NCBI GenBank assembly: GCA_902559345.1
Contig: CACEHH010000005.1
Span: 578 to 64,577 of the forward strand
Direction: 5' to 3'
Length of the DNA: 64,000 nucleotides
Origin: an uncultured SAR86 cluster bacterium
GTDB taxonomy: Bacteria > Pseudomonadota > Gammaproteobacteria > Magnimaribacterales > D2472
Part shown: positions 20,824-30,321 of the stretch, piece by piece
How the letters are laid out: the number at the start of each line of letters is the position of its first letter
Position numbering within the stretch: the stretch's first letter is position 1
Program-made: the position numbers and the translations under genes
The notes under the pieces: generated by a model
What the model saw: the letters and a program-made list of their open reading frames with translations, nothing else
Databases searched by the model: none
Told to the model about the DNA's origin: nothing

Positions 20824-22374
20824 TTACTTCAAGAAATCTAAATATGCTCTGTTATTACTCTCTTCTTTAAAGGGAGTTCCACATTTATCAAGATGTTTTG
20901 TTAGCAAAGATTTATTCTTATTTGGATCTTCGATACCAATTAAAATATTTCCATAGGCTGAGCCAATGTTTCTATAATGGAATAAGGAAATATTCCATTT
21001 TGTTCCAAAGTTTTTTAAGAAACCTAATAGCGCTCCTGGCTTCTCAGGAAACTCTCCATTAAAAATTCTCTCATTATGCCCAGACTCATCAGGGCTTGTC
21101 ATTCTTCCGCCAACCATATGTCTTAAATGATCATTAGAGATATCATTGTCAGTATAGTCATTAAATTTATATTTTAATTTTTTAAGCCTCTCTTTAAGTT
21201 TTAGAAAACTTTTCTCCGAAGAAGTTCTTATTCCAACAAGAACAAAGGCATCTCGTTTGCCAGATTTTCTATAATTAAACTCTGTCACAGACAATTTACC
21301 AAAAACCTTAGCAAGCTTTAAAAAACTTCCTGGCTCCTCAGGAATTTTTATGCTGAGAATCTTTTCTCTGTTTTCTCCAAGCTCAGATCTTTCAACAATA
21401 AATCCCAATTTCTGAAAATTAACATTTGCACCGGAGCTTAATGCAAGAAGATTCTTTTTTTGCATCCTTTTTGAATATAATTTTAAACCCGCAAGCGCAA
21501 CTGCTCCAGATGGCTCAGATAGAACTCTAGTATCTTCAAAAATATCTTTTACAGCTGCACAAACTTCATCAATATTTACGGTCATTACTTCATCAACGCA
21601 CTCTTTTATAACATCAAGATTATGTTTTCCAACTTGAGAAACGGCAACACCGTCTGCAAATAAGCCAACTCTTTTAAGTAAAACTCTTTTGTTTGATTTA
21701 AGCGCCTCTGTTAAACATGCTGAATCATCGACTTCAACTCCTATGATTTTAATTTTTTTATTGTTTTGTCTTACCCAAGCAGATATGCCAGCTAATAACC
21801 CTCCTCCACCTACAGGTACAAAAATTGCATCATAATTAATACCATCCTCTAATATTTCTTTGCCTATAGTGCCCTGTCCTGCAATCGTATAAGGATCATC
21901 AAATGGATGAACGAATGTATATTTATATTTTTTAGATATTTCGCCTGCCTTCACAAGCGCATCAGCAAGGTTCTCTCCATAAAGAGTAACTTTTGCACCA
22001 AGTCTTTTAACAGCATTTAACTTATTCTCAGGAGCTGTTACAGGCATTACTATATTGCAACTTATATTTAATCTTTTACAAGCAAGTGCTACTCCTTGAG
22101 CATGATTTCCGGCTGATGCCGCAATTATCCCAAATGATTTTTGCTTATCTGATAAGTTAACTATTTTGTTATAAGCTCCTCTATTTTTGAAAGAAAATAT
22201 TGGCTGTAAATCTTCTCTTTTTAGATAAATATTGTTTTGTTCCTTTAAAGATAAATTAATAGCATGAGTTGTTGGCGAATCAATAGCCACATCATATACA
22301 GAAGCCTCTTCTATTAACTTAAGATATTTTTTTGAATTCTTAAATTTACCAGTTTTTTTTATTTTTAGTCTCAA
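20824..22374 (-). CDS. ilvA: Threonine ammonia-lyase, biosynthetic
   Basis: KREDLQPIFSFKNRGA (PLP lysine), ASAGNHAQGV, VGGGGL and two C-terminal regulatory repeats (WNISLFHYRN). Confidence 0.96.
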   Translation of the reverse strand: MRLKIKKTGKFKNSKKYLKLIEEASVYDVAIDSPTTHAINLSLKEQNNIYLKREDLQPIFSFKNRGAYNKIVNLSDKQKSFGIIAASAGNHAQGVALACKRLNISCNIVMPVTAPENKLNAVKRLGAKVTLYGENLADALVKAGEISKKYKYTFVHPFDDPYTIAGQGTIGKEILEDGINYDAIFVPVGGGGLLAGISAWVRQNNKKIKIIGVEVDDSACLTEALKSNKRVLLKRVGLFADGVAVSQVGKHNLDVIKECVDEVMTVNIDEVCAAVKDIFEDTRVLSEPSGAVALAGLKLYSKRMQKKNLLALSSGANVNFQKLGFIVERSELGENREKILSIKIPEEPGSFLKLAKVFGKLSVTEFNYRKSGKRDAFVLVGIRTSSEKSFLKLKERLKKLKYKFNDYTDNDISNDHLRHMVGGRMTSPDESGHNERIFNGEFPEKPGALLGFLKNFGTKWNISLFHYRNIGSAYGNILIGIEDPNKNKSLLTKHLDKCGTPFKEESNNRAYLDFLK

Positions 22375-22413
22375 TTTAAATCACGCGCTATGTTTTTCTA
22401 GTATTATAACTGT

Positions 22414-23052
22414 ATGAGCACTGCAAAGATAAGTGTTGCAAAAAAAGCAATAAATCATATTGAAAAAAATCTTTCAAAAAACACAATTTTAGGAATTGGA
22501 ACTGGCTCTACTGTAAATTTTTTTATTGAAGAGCTTGCTAATTATAAGAATCTTTTTCTTGGAGCAGTATCAAGCTCAGAAGCATCATCAAATCTACTAA
22601 AAGATAAAGGTATTGAGGTTTTTAGTTTAAATGATGTTAATGGTCTTGAGTTTTATATCGATGGCGCTGATGAAGTTTCTCCTGAAAATTTTTTAATAAA
22701 AGGTGGTGGTGGTGCACATACAAGAGAAAAAATAGTTGCATCTGCATCTAAAGAATTTATTTGTATAGTTGATCAATCTAAGTTAGTCCAAAAACTTGGA
22801 GCCTTTCCCCTTCCAATAGAAGTAATACCTGAGAGTAGAAGCCTTGTAGCAAGAAAGATAGTTACTATGGGGGGAAATCCAATCTATCGCAACGGATTTA
22901 TAACAGACCAAGGAAATCAGATATTAGATGTGGAAGGGATCGATATTTCAGAACCAGAAAAACTTGAAGCAGCAATCAATAACATACCTGGTGTGGTGGA
23001 TAATGGAATATTTGCTTTTAATAAGCCAGAAATAGTTTTAGTGTCTGATTAG
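22414..23052 (+). CDS. rpiA: Ribose-5-phosphate isomerase A
   Basis: [15 protein letters not shown] and [15 protein letters not shown]. Confidence 0.96.
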   Translation: MSTAKISVAKKAINHIEKNLSKNTILGIGTGSTVNFFIEELANYKNLFLGAVSSSEASSNLLKDKGIEVFSLNDVNGLEFYIDGADEVSPENFLIKGGGGAHTREKIVASASKEFICIVDQSKLVQKLGAFPLPIEVIPESRSLVARKIVTMGGNPIYRNGFITDQGNQILDVEGIDISEPEKLEAAINNIPGVVDNGIFAFNKPEIVLVSD

Positions 23053-23057
23053 TTTTA

Positions 23058-23582
23058 TTATAAGAGTTCTTCAATTTTTGTTATTAATTCAATAGAATCT
23101 GGTTTAACTTTGGAGCCATAAGTTTGAACAACAGAACCATCTCTTGAAATTAAGTATTTATTAAAATTCCATGATGGGCTGTAACCGCTTTGAGCAATGA
23201 GTTTCTTGTAAAAAGGATTAGCTTTTTTGCCTCTAACTTTTGATGTTGCAAACATTGGAAAATTAACTCCATATTCAGTAGAACAAAATTCAGCTACGTC
23301 TTCCTCATTAGAATATTCCTGCATGAAATCTCTGGAAGGAATTCCAAAAACAACAAATCCTTTTTCTTTATAATTTTCATATAGCTCTTGCAATGATTCA
23401 TATTGATATGTGTATCCACATCTACTAGCCACGTTAACGACCAATATAACCTTATCTTGAAACTCGCATAAATTAATTGTTTCACTTGAGTCTAACAAAC
23501 GCATTTCAGTATTTAATATATTAGAACAACTATAGCTATATGATGACAATAATAAAAATAAGGTCAGTAATGATTTATTCAT
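23058..23582 (-). CDS. Glutathione peroxidase family protein (Cys-type, with signal peptide)
   Basis: LVVNVASRCGYTYQY, PSRDFMQE and WNFNKYLI. Confidence 0.93.
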   Translation of the reverse strand: MNKSLLTLFLLLSSYSYSCSNILNTEMRLLDSSETINLCEFQDKVILVVNVASRCGYTYQYESLQELYENYKEKGFVVFGIPSRDFMQEYSNEEDVAEFCSTEYGVNFPMFATSKVRGKKANPFYKKLIAQSGYSPSWNFNKYLISRDGSVVQTYGSKVKPDSIELITKIEELL

Positions 23583-23596
23583 AATATATATAATAC

Positions 23597-23683
23597 CTAA
23601 CTAATAGGTGTTATTGCTGATAAAGATGATACAAAAATTGTAATTAAAAAAATTATCTCAATATTATCTCTAAATTTATCCAT
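23597..23683 (-). CDS. Putative 28-aa small membrane protein MDKFRDNIEIIFLITIFVSSLSAITPIS (not in ORF track)
   Basis: ATG at 23683 with AAGG 6 nt upstream and TAG at 23597-23599; one hydrophobic stretch; ends 14 nt before the peroxidase start. Confidence 0.55.
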   Translation of the reverse strand: MDKFRDNIEIIFLITIFVSSLSAITPIS

Positions 23684-23696
23684 AAAAAACCTTTTT

Positions 23697-23725
23697 AAAA
23701 AGAGATGGAGGGACTAAGCCCTCCA
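23697..23725 (-). terminator. Intrinsic terminator-like hairpin
   Basis: 7-bp GC-rich stem, 6-nt loop and a pyrimidine/U tail on the minus strand. Confidence 0.6.
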
Positions 23726-23772
23726 CAATTCCAGAGTGTCAGCAAACTAATAGGGGAGAGGAGTGCTGACAT
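23697..23772 (-). ncRNA. Putative small RNA or 5' leader: hairpin with C-rich loop followed by a terminator-like hairpin
   Basis: Stem TGTCAGCA/TGCTGACA (23737-44, 23764-71) with loop CUCCUCUCCCCUAUUAGUU, then stem TGGAGGG/CCCTCCA (23706-12, 23719-25) followed by UCUCUUUUU on the minus strand. Confidence 0.62.
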
Positions 23773-23777
23773 CTATT

Positions 23778-23805
23778 ATTATATCTATTTATAATTAATT
23801 ATCAA
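23778..23805 (-). promoter_or_regulatory. Sigma70-type promoter TTGATA-16 nt-TATAAT
   Basis: Perfect -10 and 5/6 -35, placed so that transcription would start at the base of the first hairpin (~23772). Confidence 0.55.
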
Positions 23806-23875
23806 CAATATTTATAAAATAAAATGGTTTTTTTTATGTATAATGCTTTTTTTACATTAAATTTGGAGAAATACT

Positions 23876-26029
23876 TTGAAAGGAACAGTTATATATGATG
23901 TTAGGGATGAAGTAGCAATACTTACAGTAGACAATCCACCAGTTAACCCCCTCAGCGATGGTGTCAGAACAGGACTTTATGAGTCTTTGATTAAAGCCGA
24001 AGAAGATTCTACAGTTAAGGGTATAGTTTTAACAGGTAATGGAAGAGCTTTCATTGCAGGAGCGGATATATCTGAATTTGGAGGAAATGTTGAAGGAGTA
24101 AGTTTAAATGAAGTATTTAGCAAATTAGAGAACTGCTCAAAGCCTGTTGTTGCTGCAATAAATGGTATTGCATTGGGTGGTGGCCTGGAGACTGCGCTTT
24201 GTTGTAATTATAGAATAGCTGATAAAAACGCATTTGTTGGTCTTCCAGAGGTCAATTTAGGATTATTACCAGGAGGTGGTGGAACTCAAAGGCTACCTAG
24301 ACTAACTGGGCCAAGTGAAGCTCTTAAAATGATGTTATCAGGGTCTCATGTGCCTGCCAAAAAAGCCTTAAATATGGGAATTGTTGACAAAATATCAGAG
24401 AATGTCGTCGAAGAATCTATTGATTTTGTTAAGGAAGTGGCTGAAAACACAGAAAATCATCCAAAGGTTAGAGATAACAATGAAAAAATGATAGAAGCAC
24501 GAGGTAATGATAATATTTTATTAGAAGCTCAAGCAATGGCTGCAAAAGGAAGAAAAGGACAATTTGCACCTGGTCAGATTATTAAATGTGTTGAAGCAGC
24601 AATAAATTTGGATGATTTTGATGAAGGTTTAAAAAAAGAGGGTGAATATTTCTTAGAATGTCTCCTTCACCCGCAAAGAGAGGCAATGATTCATATATTT
24701 TTTGGTGAGAGAGCAGCATCAAAAATCTCTGATGTACCAAAAGATACTAATGTGAAAGATATTAAGAAAGCAGGAATTATTGGATCTGGAACAATGGGTG
24801 GTGGAATAGCTATGTGTTTTGCTAACGCTGGCATTCCAGTTCATATTATTGATCAAGATGAAGATAACTTAAACAGAGGTATGTCGGTTATAGAAAAAAA
24901 TTATGACTTTATGGTTGGGAGGGGGAAATTATCTGAAGAACAGAAGGATACTGTTTTTGGTTTGGTTTCTTCAAGTTTAGATTATAAGGATGTTTCTGAT
25001 TGTGATATTGTCATAGAAGCTGTATACGAAAACTTAGAACTTAAACATGAGATATTTAAATCTTTGGATGAACATGTTAAGGAAGGGGCTATCCTAGCAA
25101 GTAATACATCCGGTTTAGATATAGACTCCATAGCATCAGTTACTAAAAGACCTGAAATGGTAGTAGGTACTCACTTTTTTAGTCCTGCAAATATAATGCG
25201 TCTACTAGAAGTGGTAAGAGGTGAAAAGACATCTGATGAAACTTTAGCAACAATAATGTCTATAGGAAAGAGACTTAAGAAGGCTGCTGTTGTGTCATTA
25301 AATGCTCCTGGCTTTATAGGCAACAGAATGCTATTTGGCTATACAGCCCAAGCAAATATGTTGCTTTTAGAAGGTGCCCTTCCCCATCAAATTGATGGAG
25401 CACTCGAATCATTTGGACTTAATATGGGTCCTTTTAGAATGATGGATCTTGTGGGATTAGATTTAGGCTGGAGAGCAAGAAAATTAAGCGGAAAAGAATC
25501 ACCACTTCATGCAAAGATAGGTGATGAATTATGTGAGCAAAATAGATTTGGTCAAAAAAATAGCGCTGGATATTACAATTATTCAGAAGGATCTAGAGCG
25601 CCTAATCCAGCACCAGAAAATGAAGAAACCTATGAAAAAATATCAAATGAAAATGGTTTTACAAGAAGAGAGATTTCAGATGAGGAAATTGTTGATAGAT
25701 GTATATTAGCCCTTATTAATGAAGGTGCTGATATTTTATCTGAAGGTGTTGCTCAAAGAGCAGCTGATATAGATGTGGTTTATATAAATGGTTATGGATT
25801 TCCCATATGGAGAGGTGGCCCAATGCACCATGCAAACTCGATGGGGCTAGAAGTGGTTATTGAAAAATTAGAAAAATATAGAGAGCTTACTGGTAATGAT
25901 GTCTATAAACCTAGTGACATGCTTATAAAATTAGCAGAAAACGGTCAAAAATTAGGAGAAGCTCCTGCAAAAGACGATAGAAAAGAAAAGCTAGGCTTTG
26001 AAATGTCTTCTGTTGCTAATAATTTTTAG
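23876..26029 (+). CDS. Multifunctional enoyl-CoA hydratase / 3-hydroxyacyl-CoA dehydrogenase (FadB/FadJ-type)
   Basis: FIAGADI, GGGLE, PEVNLGLLPGGGGTQRLPRL, GSGTMGGGIA, ASNTS, HFFSPAN and GFIGNR. Confidence 0.93.
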   Translation: MKGTVIYDVRDEVAILTVDNPPVNPLSDGVRTGLYESLIKAEEDSTVKGIVLTGNGRAFIAGADISEFGGNVEGVSLNEVFSKLENCSKPVVAAINGIALGGGLETALCCNYRIADKNAFVGLPEVNLGLLPGGGGTQRLPRLTGPSEALKMMLSGSHVPAKKALNMGIVDKISENVVEESIDFVKEVAENTENHPKVRDNNEKMIEARGNDNILLEAQAMAAKGRKGQFAPGQIIKCVEAAINLDDFDEGLKKEGEYFLECLLHPQREAMIHIFFGERAASKISDVPKDTNVKDIKKAGIIGSGTMGGGIAMCFANAGIPVHIIDQDEDNLNRGMSVIEKNYDFMVGRGKLSEEQKDTVFGLVSSSLDYKDVSDCDIVIEAVYENLELKHEIFKSLDEHVKEGAILASNTSGLDIDSIASVTKRPEMVVGTHFFSPANIMRLLEVVRGEKTSDETLATIMSIGKRLKKAAVVSLNAPGFIGNRMLFGYTAQANMLLLEGALPHQIDGALESFGLNMGPFRMMDLVGLDLGWRARKLSGKESPLHAKIGDELCEQNRFGQKNSAGYYNYSEGSRAPNPAPENEETYEKISNENGFTRREISDEEIVDRCILALINEGADILSEGVAQRAADIDVVYINGYGFPIWRGGPMHHANSMGLEVVIEKLEKYRELTGNDVYKPSDMLIKLAENGQKLGEAPAKDDRKEKLGFEMSSVANNF

Positions 26030-26048
26030 ACATTTTATAAATATAATA

Positions 26049-26615
26049 TTAGGCCCTAATGTAGACTTTTGTCCCTAATTGGACTTGGTTATATAACAGT
26101 ATTACATCATCATTAAACATTCTTATGCATCCATGTGATGCTTTTTGGCCAATTAAGCCCTCTTCATGTGTTCCGTGAATATAAATATATCTATTATAAG
26201 AATCTACCCCAATACCTTTATTTACGCCCTCCTCTTCACCATCTAACCATATTATCCTGGATGTTACCAAATCATCTTCTGTATCGAGGTTGTTTTTTAT
26301 TATTGATGCGATCCTTTTTGTGTCAATTCTTGAGATAAAGATAGTATTTAACGGTGTTCCATCACCAATCATATCTTTGATGGAATGCATTCCAAGTGGT
26401 GTTTTAAAGGAATTCTCTGTATTACCTTCTCCATATTTAGATGATGAAATTGGAAAACTGCTTATAATTTTTTCATTTTCAAGCAAATAAAGCCTTTGTT
26501 CTGAGATATCAATTAATATATTTGTTTCAATTTGAATATTATTAGCCACAATAATCGAGTTAAAATTAAAAAGTAACAAACATAATATTATCTTTTTTAA
26601 ATCAATTTTTTCCAT
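26049..26615 (-). CDS. L,D-transpeptidase (YkuD domain)
   Basis: IDISEQRL, FPISS, KTPLG and IYIHGT..SHGCIRM catalytic motif. Confidence 0.9.
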   Translation of the reverse strand: MEKIDLKKIILCLLLFNFNSIIVANNIQIETNILIDISEQRLYLLENEKIISSFPISSSKYGEGNTENSFKTPLGMHSIKDMIGDGTPLNTIFISRIDTKRIASIIKNNLDTEDDLVTSRIIWLDGEEEGVNKGIGVDSYNRYIYIHGTHEEGLIGQKASHGCIRMFNDDVILLYNQVQLGTKVYIRA

Positions 26616-28057
26616 ATGTAGCGTAATAAAGTTATAAATATAATTATAAACGAAATAATATATGATAATAAATAGCCGTAAATATTGTAAAAACTACTTT
26701 TATCAATGAGTTTGACTTCACCTTCAAGTATTCCAGAAATTCCTTTATCTAATTTAGAGACAATTGTCCCATTATTATCAATTATTGCTGAAATTCCATC
26801 ATTTGTTGATCTTATGGTCCATTTATTATTTTCAATAGATCTAATTCTTGTAATACTTAAATGGTGATAAGGTCCAATTGAGTTTCCAAACCATGTATCA
26901 TTTGAAATATTTATCATTAATAAAGAACTTTTGTTCATTTTTCTTATTGAATTTCCAAATGCAATATCAAAGCATATAGGTGCAGCAATATTTATATTTT
27001 CAAGTATTCTAATATTTTTTTGATTTGTTGGGCCATGAGATACATTTGACATTGGTAAATCAAAAAAATCTATAACTCCCCTTAAACTAGATATGAATGG
27101 TATATATTCACCAAATGGTACTAGATGCATTTTTTTATAGGAATCTTTGTATTTAAAACTATAAATACTGTTATATGTTGAATTATTCTCAATATCCCAG
27201 GCACCCATTATTAATTTATCTTTATTCGGAACTTTATTTATAAATCTATTAAAATTATTACTTTTAATATAATAGGGCAGCTCAGCTTCTGGAATAACAA
27301 CTATTTCTGATTCATCTGATACAGATTCTAACAATCTAATTAAATTATCTTCAATTGTTTTGTAATAATTATCTTTGTACTTTAAGAAAGGATCGGAAGA
27401 TGGTTGAATGATTGATATTTTTACTCCTTTATCTATTTCAATTACCTGTTTATGATTTGGTATTACAGATATTAGTATTAGAAGAATAGGAATAAGTAAC
27501 TTTCTTTTTTTATGATAAGAAATTACAAGGTACAAACATAAAATATATATTATGAAAGAGGCAGAGGTTACACCAAATAAAGGATATATATTTTGAGTAA
27601 GGGTATCTAAATAGATATTACCAGGAATTAACCATGGAACACCATTAAGTAAAAAGTACCTTGTAAATTCACTCACTATTAAAATGCTTGATACAAACAA
27701 AATTAGATGTAAGTCTTTATTAATTTGAATCTTATTTAAAATAGTTCTTATGATAATAAGAGGGTATGTAAATACTATTGTAAGAATAATCACTAATAAT
27801 ATATATATAAAAAAAGATAAAGCTATAGAGGTCTCTCCATAATAGTAAACACTTACTATTATCCATGACATTCCCAATCCCCAATGTCCAATTCCCCATG
27901 AAATTATCTTTATAAATCTTGATACCTCCTCATACAAAATTAAATAAATGAGATATGAATAAGAAATAAATATTAGTATCTTGATAGAGAAGGGTGCAAA
28001 AGAAAATATCCCAACTATTCCAAAGATAAATGGAACTAATAGACTCTTTATATTCAT
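26597..28057 (-). CDS. lnt: Apolipoprotein N-acyltransferase
   Basis: Multiple TM helices; PEAE, YKKMHLVPFGEYIP, ICFD, ISNDTWFG and RSTNDGISA. Confidence 0.93.
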   Translation of the reverse strand: MNIKSLLVPFIFGIVGIFSFAPFSIKILIFISYSYLIYLILYEEVSRFIKIISWGIGHWGLGMSWIIVSVYYYGETSIALSFFIYILLVIILTIVFTYPLIIIRTILNKIQINKDLHLILFVSSILIVSEFTRYFLLNGVPWLIPGNIYLDTLTQNIYPLFGVTSASFIIYILCLYLVISYHKKRKLLIPILLILISVIPNHKQVIEIDKGVKISIIQPSSDPFLKYKDNYYKTIEDNLIRLLESVSDESEIVVIPEAELPYYIKSNNFNRFINKVPNKDKLIMGAWDIENNSTYNSIYSFKYKDSYKKMHLVPFGEYIPFISSLRGVIDFFDLPMSNVSHGPTNQKNIRILENINIAAPICFDIAFGNSIRKMNKSSLLMINISNDTWFGNSIGPYHHLSITRIRSIENNKWTIRSTNDGISAIIDNNGTIVSKLDKGISGILEGEVKLIDKSSFYNIYGYLLSYIISFIIIFITLLRYIWKKLI

Positions 28058-28911
28058 GGATTCTTGGTTACTTTGAATTTTTTAATTCTTCTACTGTCCG
28101 TATCAAGAACCTTGATTGAAACATTGCTTATCTTGATCTTATCTCCTATTTTTGGAAGAACTCCAAATTTTGATATAAATAGCCCTCCTAAAGTTTCAGC
28201 ATCGATTGATAAGGGGTCTATCTCAAGCCCAAAGAAACTTATAAATTCTTCTAGTTCTATCTTTGAATCAACGCTAAAAGTGTTTTTTGATAGTTCTATA
28301 ATTTCATCAAGTTCGACATCATGCTCATCTTCAATCTCCCCAACGAGCTCTTCGAGAATGTCTTCAATAGTAATTAATCCACAAATTGCTCCATATTCAT
28401 CCATTACAACAGCTAGATGTGATCTGTCTTCCTTAAATTCTTCTAAAAGAGAGTCAATTTTCTTAGTTTCTGGAACAACATTTAGGTCTCTGAGCATTCC
28501 AGTGATATCAAATTCTATACTGCCCTTAAATAATTTAGGCAAAATATCTTTTGCTAATAGTATCCCTACTACTTCATTTCGCTCATTACCTAGTACAGGG
28601 TATCTAGAATGACCAGAGTCTATAATTTTCTTAATAATTTCATTGGTATCTTCATCTATATTTATCGTGACCATATCAATTTTGGGTACCATTATCTCTT
28701 TAGCAGTGATATCTCCAAGCTTGATAGCTTTGCTTGCTATTGATTCAGCTTCTTTATCTATTACTTTCTGATCAACAGCATCCTTTAGAAAATCTGTAAC
28801 CTCTGATACAGATTGAGTTTTGATAAAGAATGGGTTTCTGAAGTATTTTTTTATTTTTCCAATAAATCCCGATGGGGGCTGGCTTTCTTCGTTATTTTGT
28901 TTTTCACTCAT
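28054..28911 (-). CDS. corC: CBS-domain Mg/Co transport-associated protein CorC (YbeX)
   Basis: IMVPK, SGHSRYPV, LLAKD, DEYG..GLITIEDILEELVGEIEDEHD; ybeY-corC-lnt order. Confidence 0.9.
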   Translation of the reverse strand: MSEKQNNEESQPPSGFIGKIKKYFRNPFFIKTQSVSEVTDFLKDAVDQKVIDKEAESIASKAIKLGDITAKEIMVPKIDMVTINIDEDTNEIIKKIIDSGHSRYPVLGNERNEVVGILLAKDILPKLFKGSIEFDITGMLRDLNVVPETKKIDSLLEEFKEDRSHLAVVMDEYGAICGLITIEDILEELVGEIEDEHDVELDEIIELSKNTFSVDSKIELEEFISFFGLEIDPLSIDAETLGGLFISKFGVLPKIGDKIKISNVSIKVLDTDSRRIKKFKVTKNP

Positions 28912-29361
28912 TTATTTATAAGGGTTATTAATATTTAATTTTTTTAATATGGCGATTTCTTTTTTCTCCATAAATTCAGCCATTTCATCATCTTTGTGAT
29001 CAAACCCTAATATATGATATATCCCATGAACTAACATGTGAATCATATGATCGTCAAAAGTTTTACTTTGTTCCTTTGATTCTCTTTTAATAAAATCATA
29101 GTTTATTGCTATATCTCCTAAGTCTCCAGTATGAGAAGACGAAATATCTTCATTTGTAAATGATAAAACATTTGTTGATGAGTTTTTATTTCTAAACTTT
29201 TTATTAAGAGAAATCATCTCTTTGTCATCAACTATTCTTATATTTATTGATGAGTCTCTTAAGCCTTCATCGAAGGATATATTTTTATAAGCTGATTGAA
29301 GCTTGGTCACAAGACTTTCATCTAATACTAAATCTTTGGAATTAGAAATAATTAGACTCAC
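28912..29361 (-). CDS. ybeY: rRNA maturation endoribonuclease YbeY
   Basis: LNKKFRNKNSSTNVLSF, LGDI and HGIYHILGFDH. Confidence 0.95.
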   Translation of the reverse strand: MSLIISNSKDLVLDESLVTKLQSAYKNISFDEGLRDSSINIRIVDDKEMISLNKKFRNKNSSTNVLSFTNEDISSSHTGDLGDIAINYDFIKRESKEQSKTFDDHMIHMLVHGIYHILGFDHKDDEMAEFMEKKEIAILKKLNINNPYK

Positions 29362-30321
29362 TTATAATCCAGTTTTTTCTTCAAAATATTTGTATGCATC
29401 TATAATTTTTTTTACCAAAGGGTGTCTGACAACATCTCTTGATGAAAAGTCTGTAAAGCCAACTCCGTCTGTCTCCTTAACTACCTCTATTGAATGAGAT
29501 AAACCTGACTTTATTTGTTTTGGTAAATCAATTTGGGTTAAATCACCATTAATAACTAAATGTGAACCAAAACCCATCCTAGTAAGAACCATTTTCATTT
29601 GTTCTTGTGTAGTATTTTGGCTTTCATCAACAATGATAAAAGAATTATTAAGCGTTCTTCCTCTCATATATGCAAGAGGGGCTATTTCAACAATTCCTTT
29701 CATCAAAAACTTTTCAGTCTTATCTATTCCTAACATTTCATATAGAGCATCATAGAGAGGTCGCAAATAAGGGTCTACTTTTTGTGATAGATCGCCAGGA
29801 AGGAAGCCTAATTTTTCACCAGCCTCTACAGCAGGCCTTACAAGAATAATTCTATCAACTTTTTCATTTAGTAGGGCGTCTACTGCGGCTGCAACGGCTA
29901 AGTAAGTTTTTCCGGTTCCAGCAGGACCTATACCAAAATTAATTTCATATTTTTTAATATTATCAATATAAATTCTCTGATTCTTCCCTCTGGGAATAAT
30001 GCTTTTCTTTGGGGTCTTTATTTTTATCTCTTGATTGTTGGTTTTGTTATCAAGGTCTTGTATGCAAAGATGCAAGGTTTCTTTGGTTATCTCTGTTCCT
30101 TGCCCAGCTGCCTCATACAATCTTTTTAAAGCATCTTTAGATGAATTTACATTCTCTTCATCGCCATGAATTTTAAGGTTATTGCCATTTTGAAAAATCT
30201 TAACACCAAAGGTCTTTTCAACAAACTTAAGATTTTCATTTAGCTCTCCTACAAACCTAATCATAATATTTGCATCAGAAGGTTTTAGTTCTAGATTAGA
30301 TAGCGCTGAATCTTTAGACAT
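29362..30321 (-). CDS. ybeZ: PhoH-like ATPase (YbeZ)
   Basis: GPAGTGKTYLA, RPAVEAGEKLGFLPGD, PLAYMRGRT, DESQN and DVVRHPLV. Confidence 0.93.
   Translation of the reverse strand: MSKDSALSNLELKPSDANIMIRFVGELNENLKFVEKTFGVKIFQNGNNLKIHGDEENVNSSKDALKRLYEAAGQGTEITKETLHLCIQDLDNKTNNQEIKIKTPKKSIIPRGKNQRIYIDNIKKYEINFGIGPAGTGKTYLAVAAAVDALLNEKVDRIILVRPAVEAGEKLGFLPGDLSQKVDPYLRPLYDALYEMLGIDKTEKFLMKGIVEIAPLAYMRGRTLNNSFIIVDESQNTTQEQMKMVLTRMGFGSHLVINGDLTQIDLPKQIKSGLSHSIEVVKETDGVGFTDFSSRDVVRHPLVKKIIDAYKYFEEKTGL

Noticed and set aside
23058-23582. Selenocysteine-containing glutathione peroxidase
   Set aside because: The catalytic position is a TGT Cys codon (ASRCG); no in-frame TGA.
23789-23805. Palindrome ATAATTAATTAT within the candidate sRNA promoter as a Fur/PerR-like box
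   Set aside because: All-AT palindrome with half-site spacing that does not fit the 7-1-7 pattern; cannot be distinguished from chance without comparative data.
28064-28612. 182-aa plus-strand ORF
   Set aside because: Fully antisense to corC, Ser/Ile-rich composition typical of a shadow frame, no recognisable motif.
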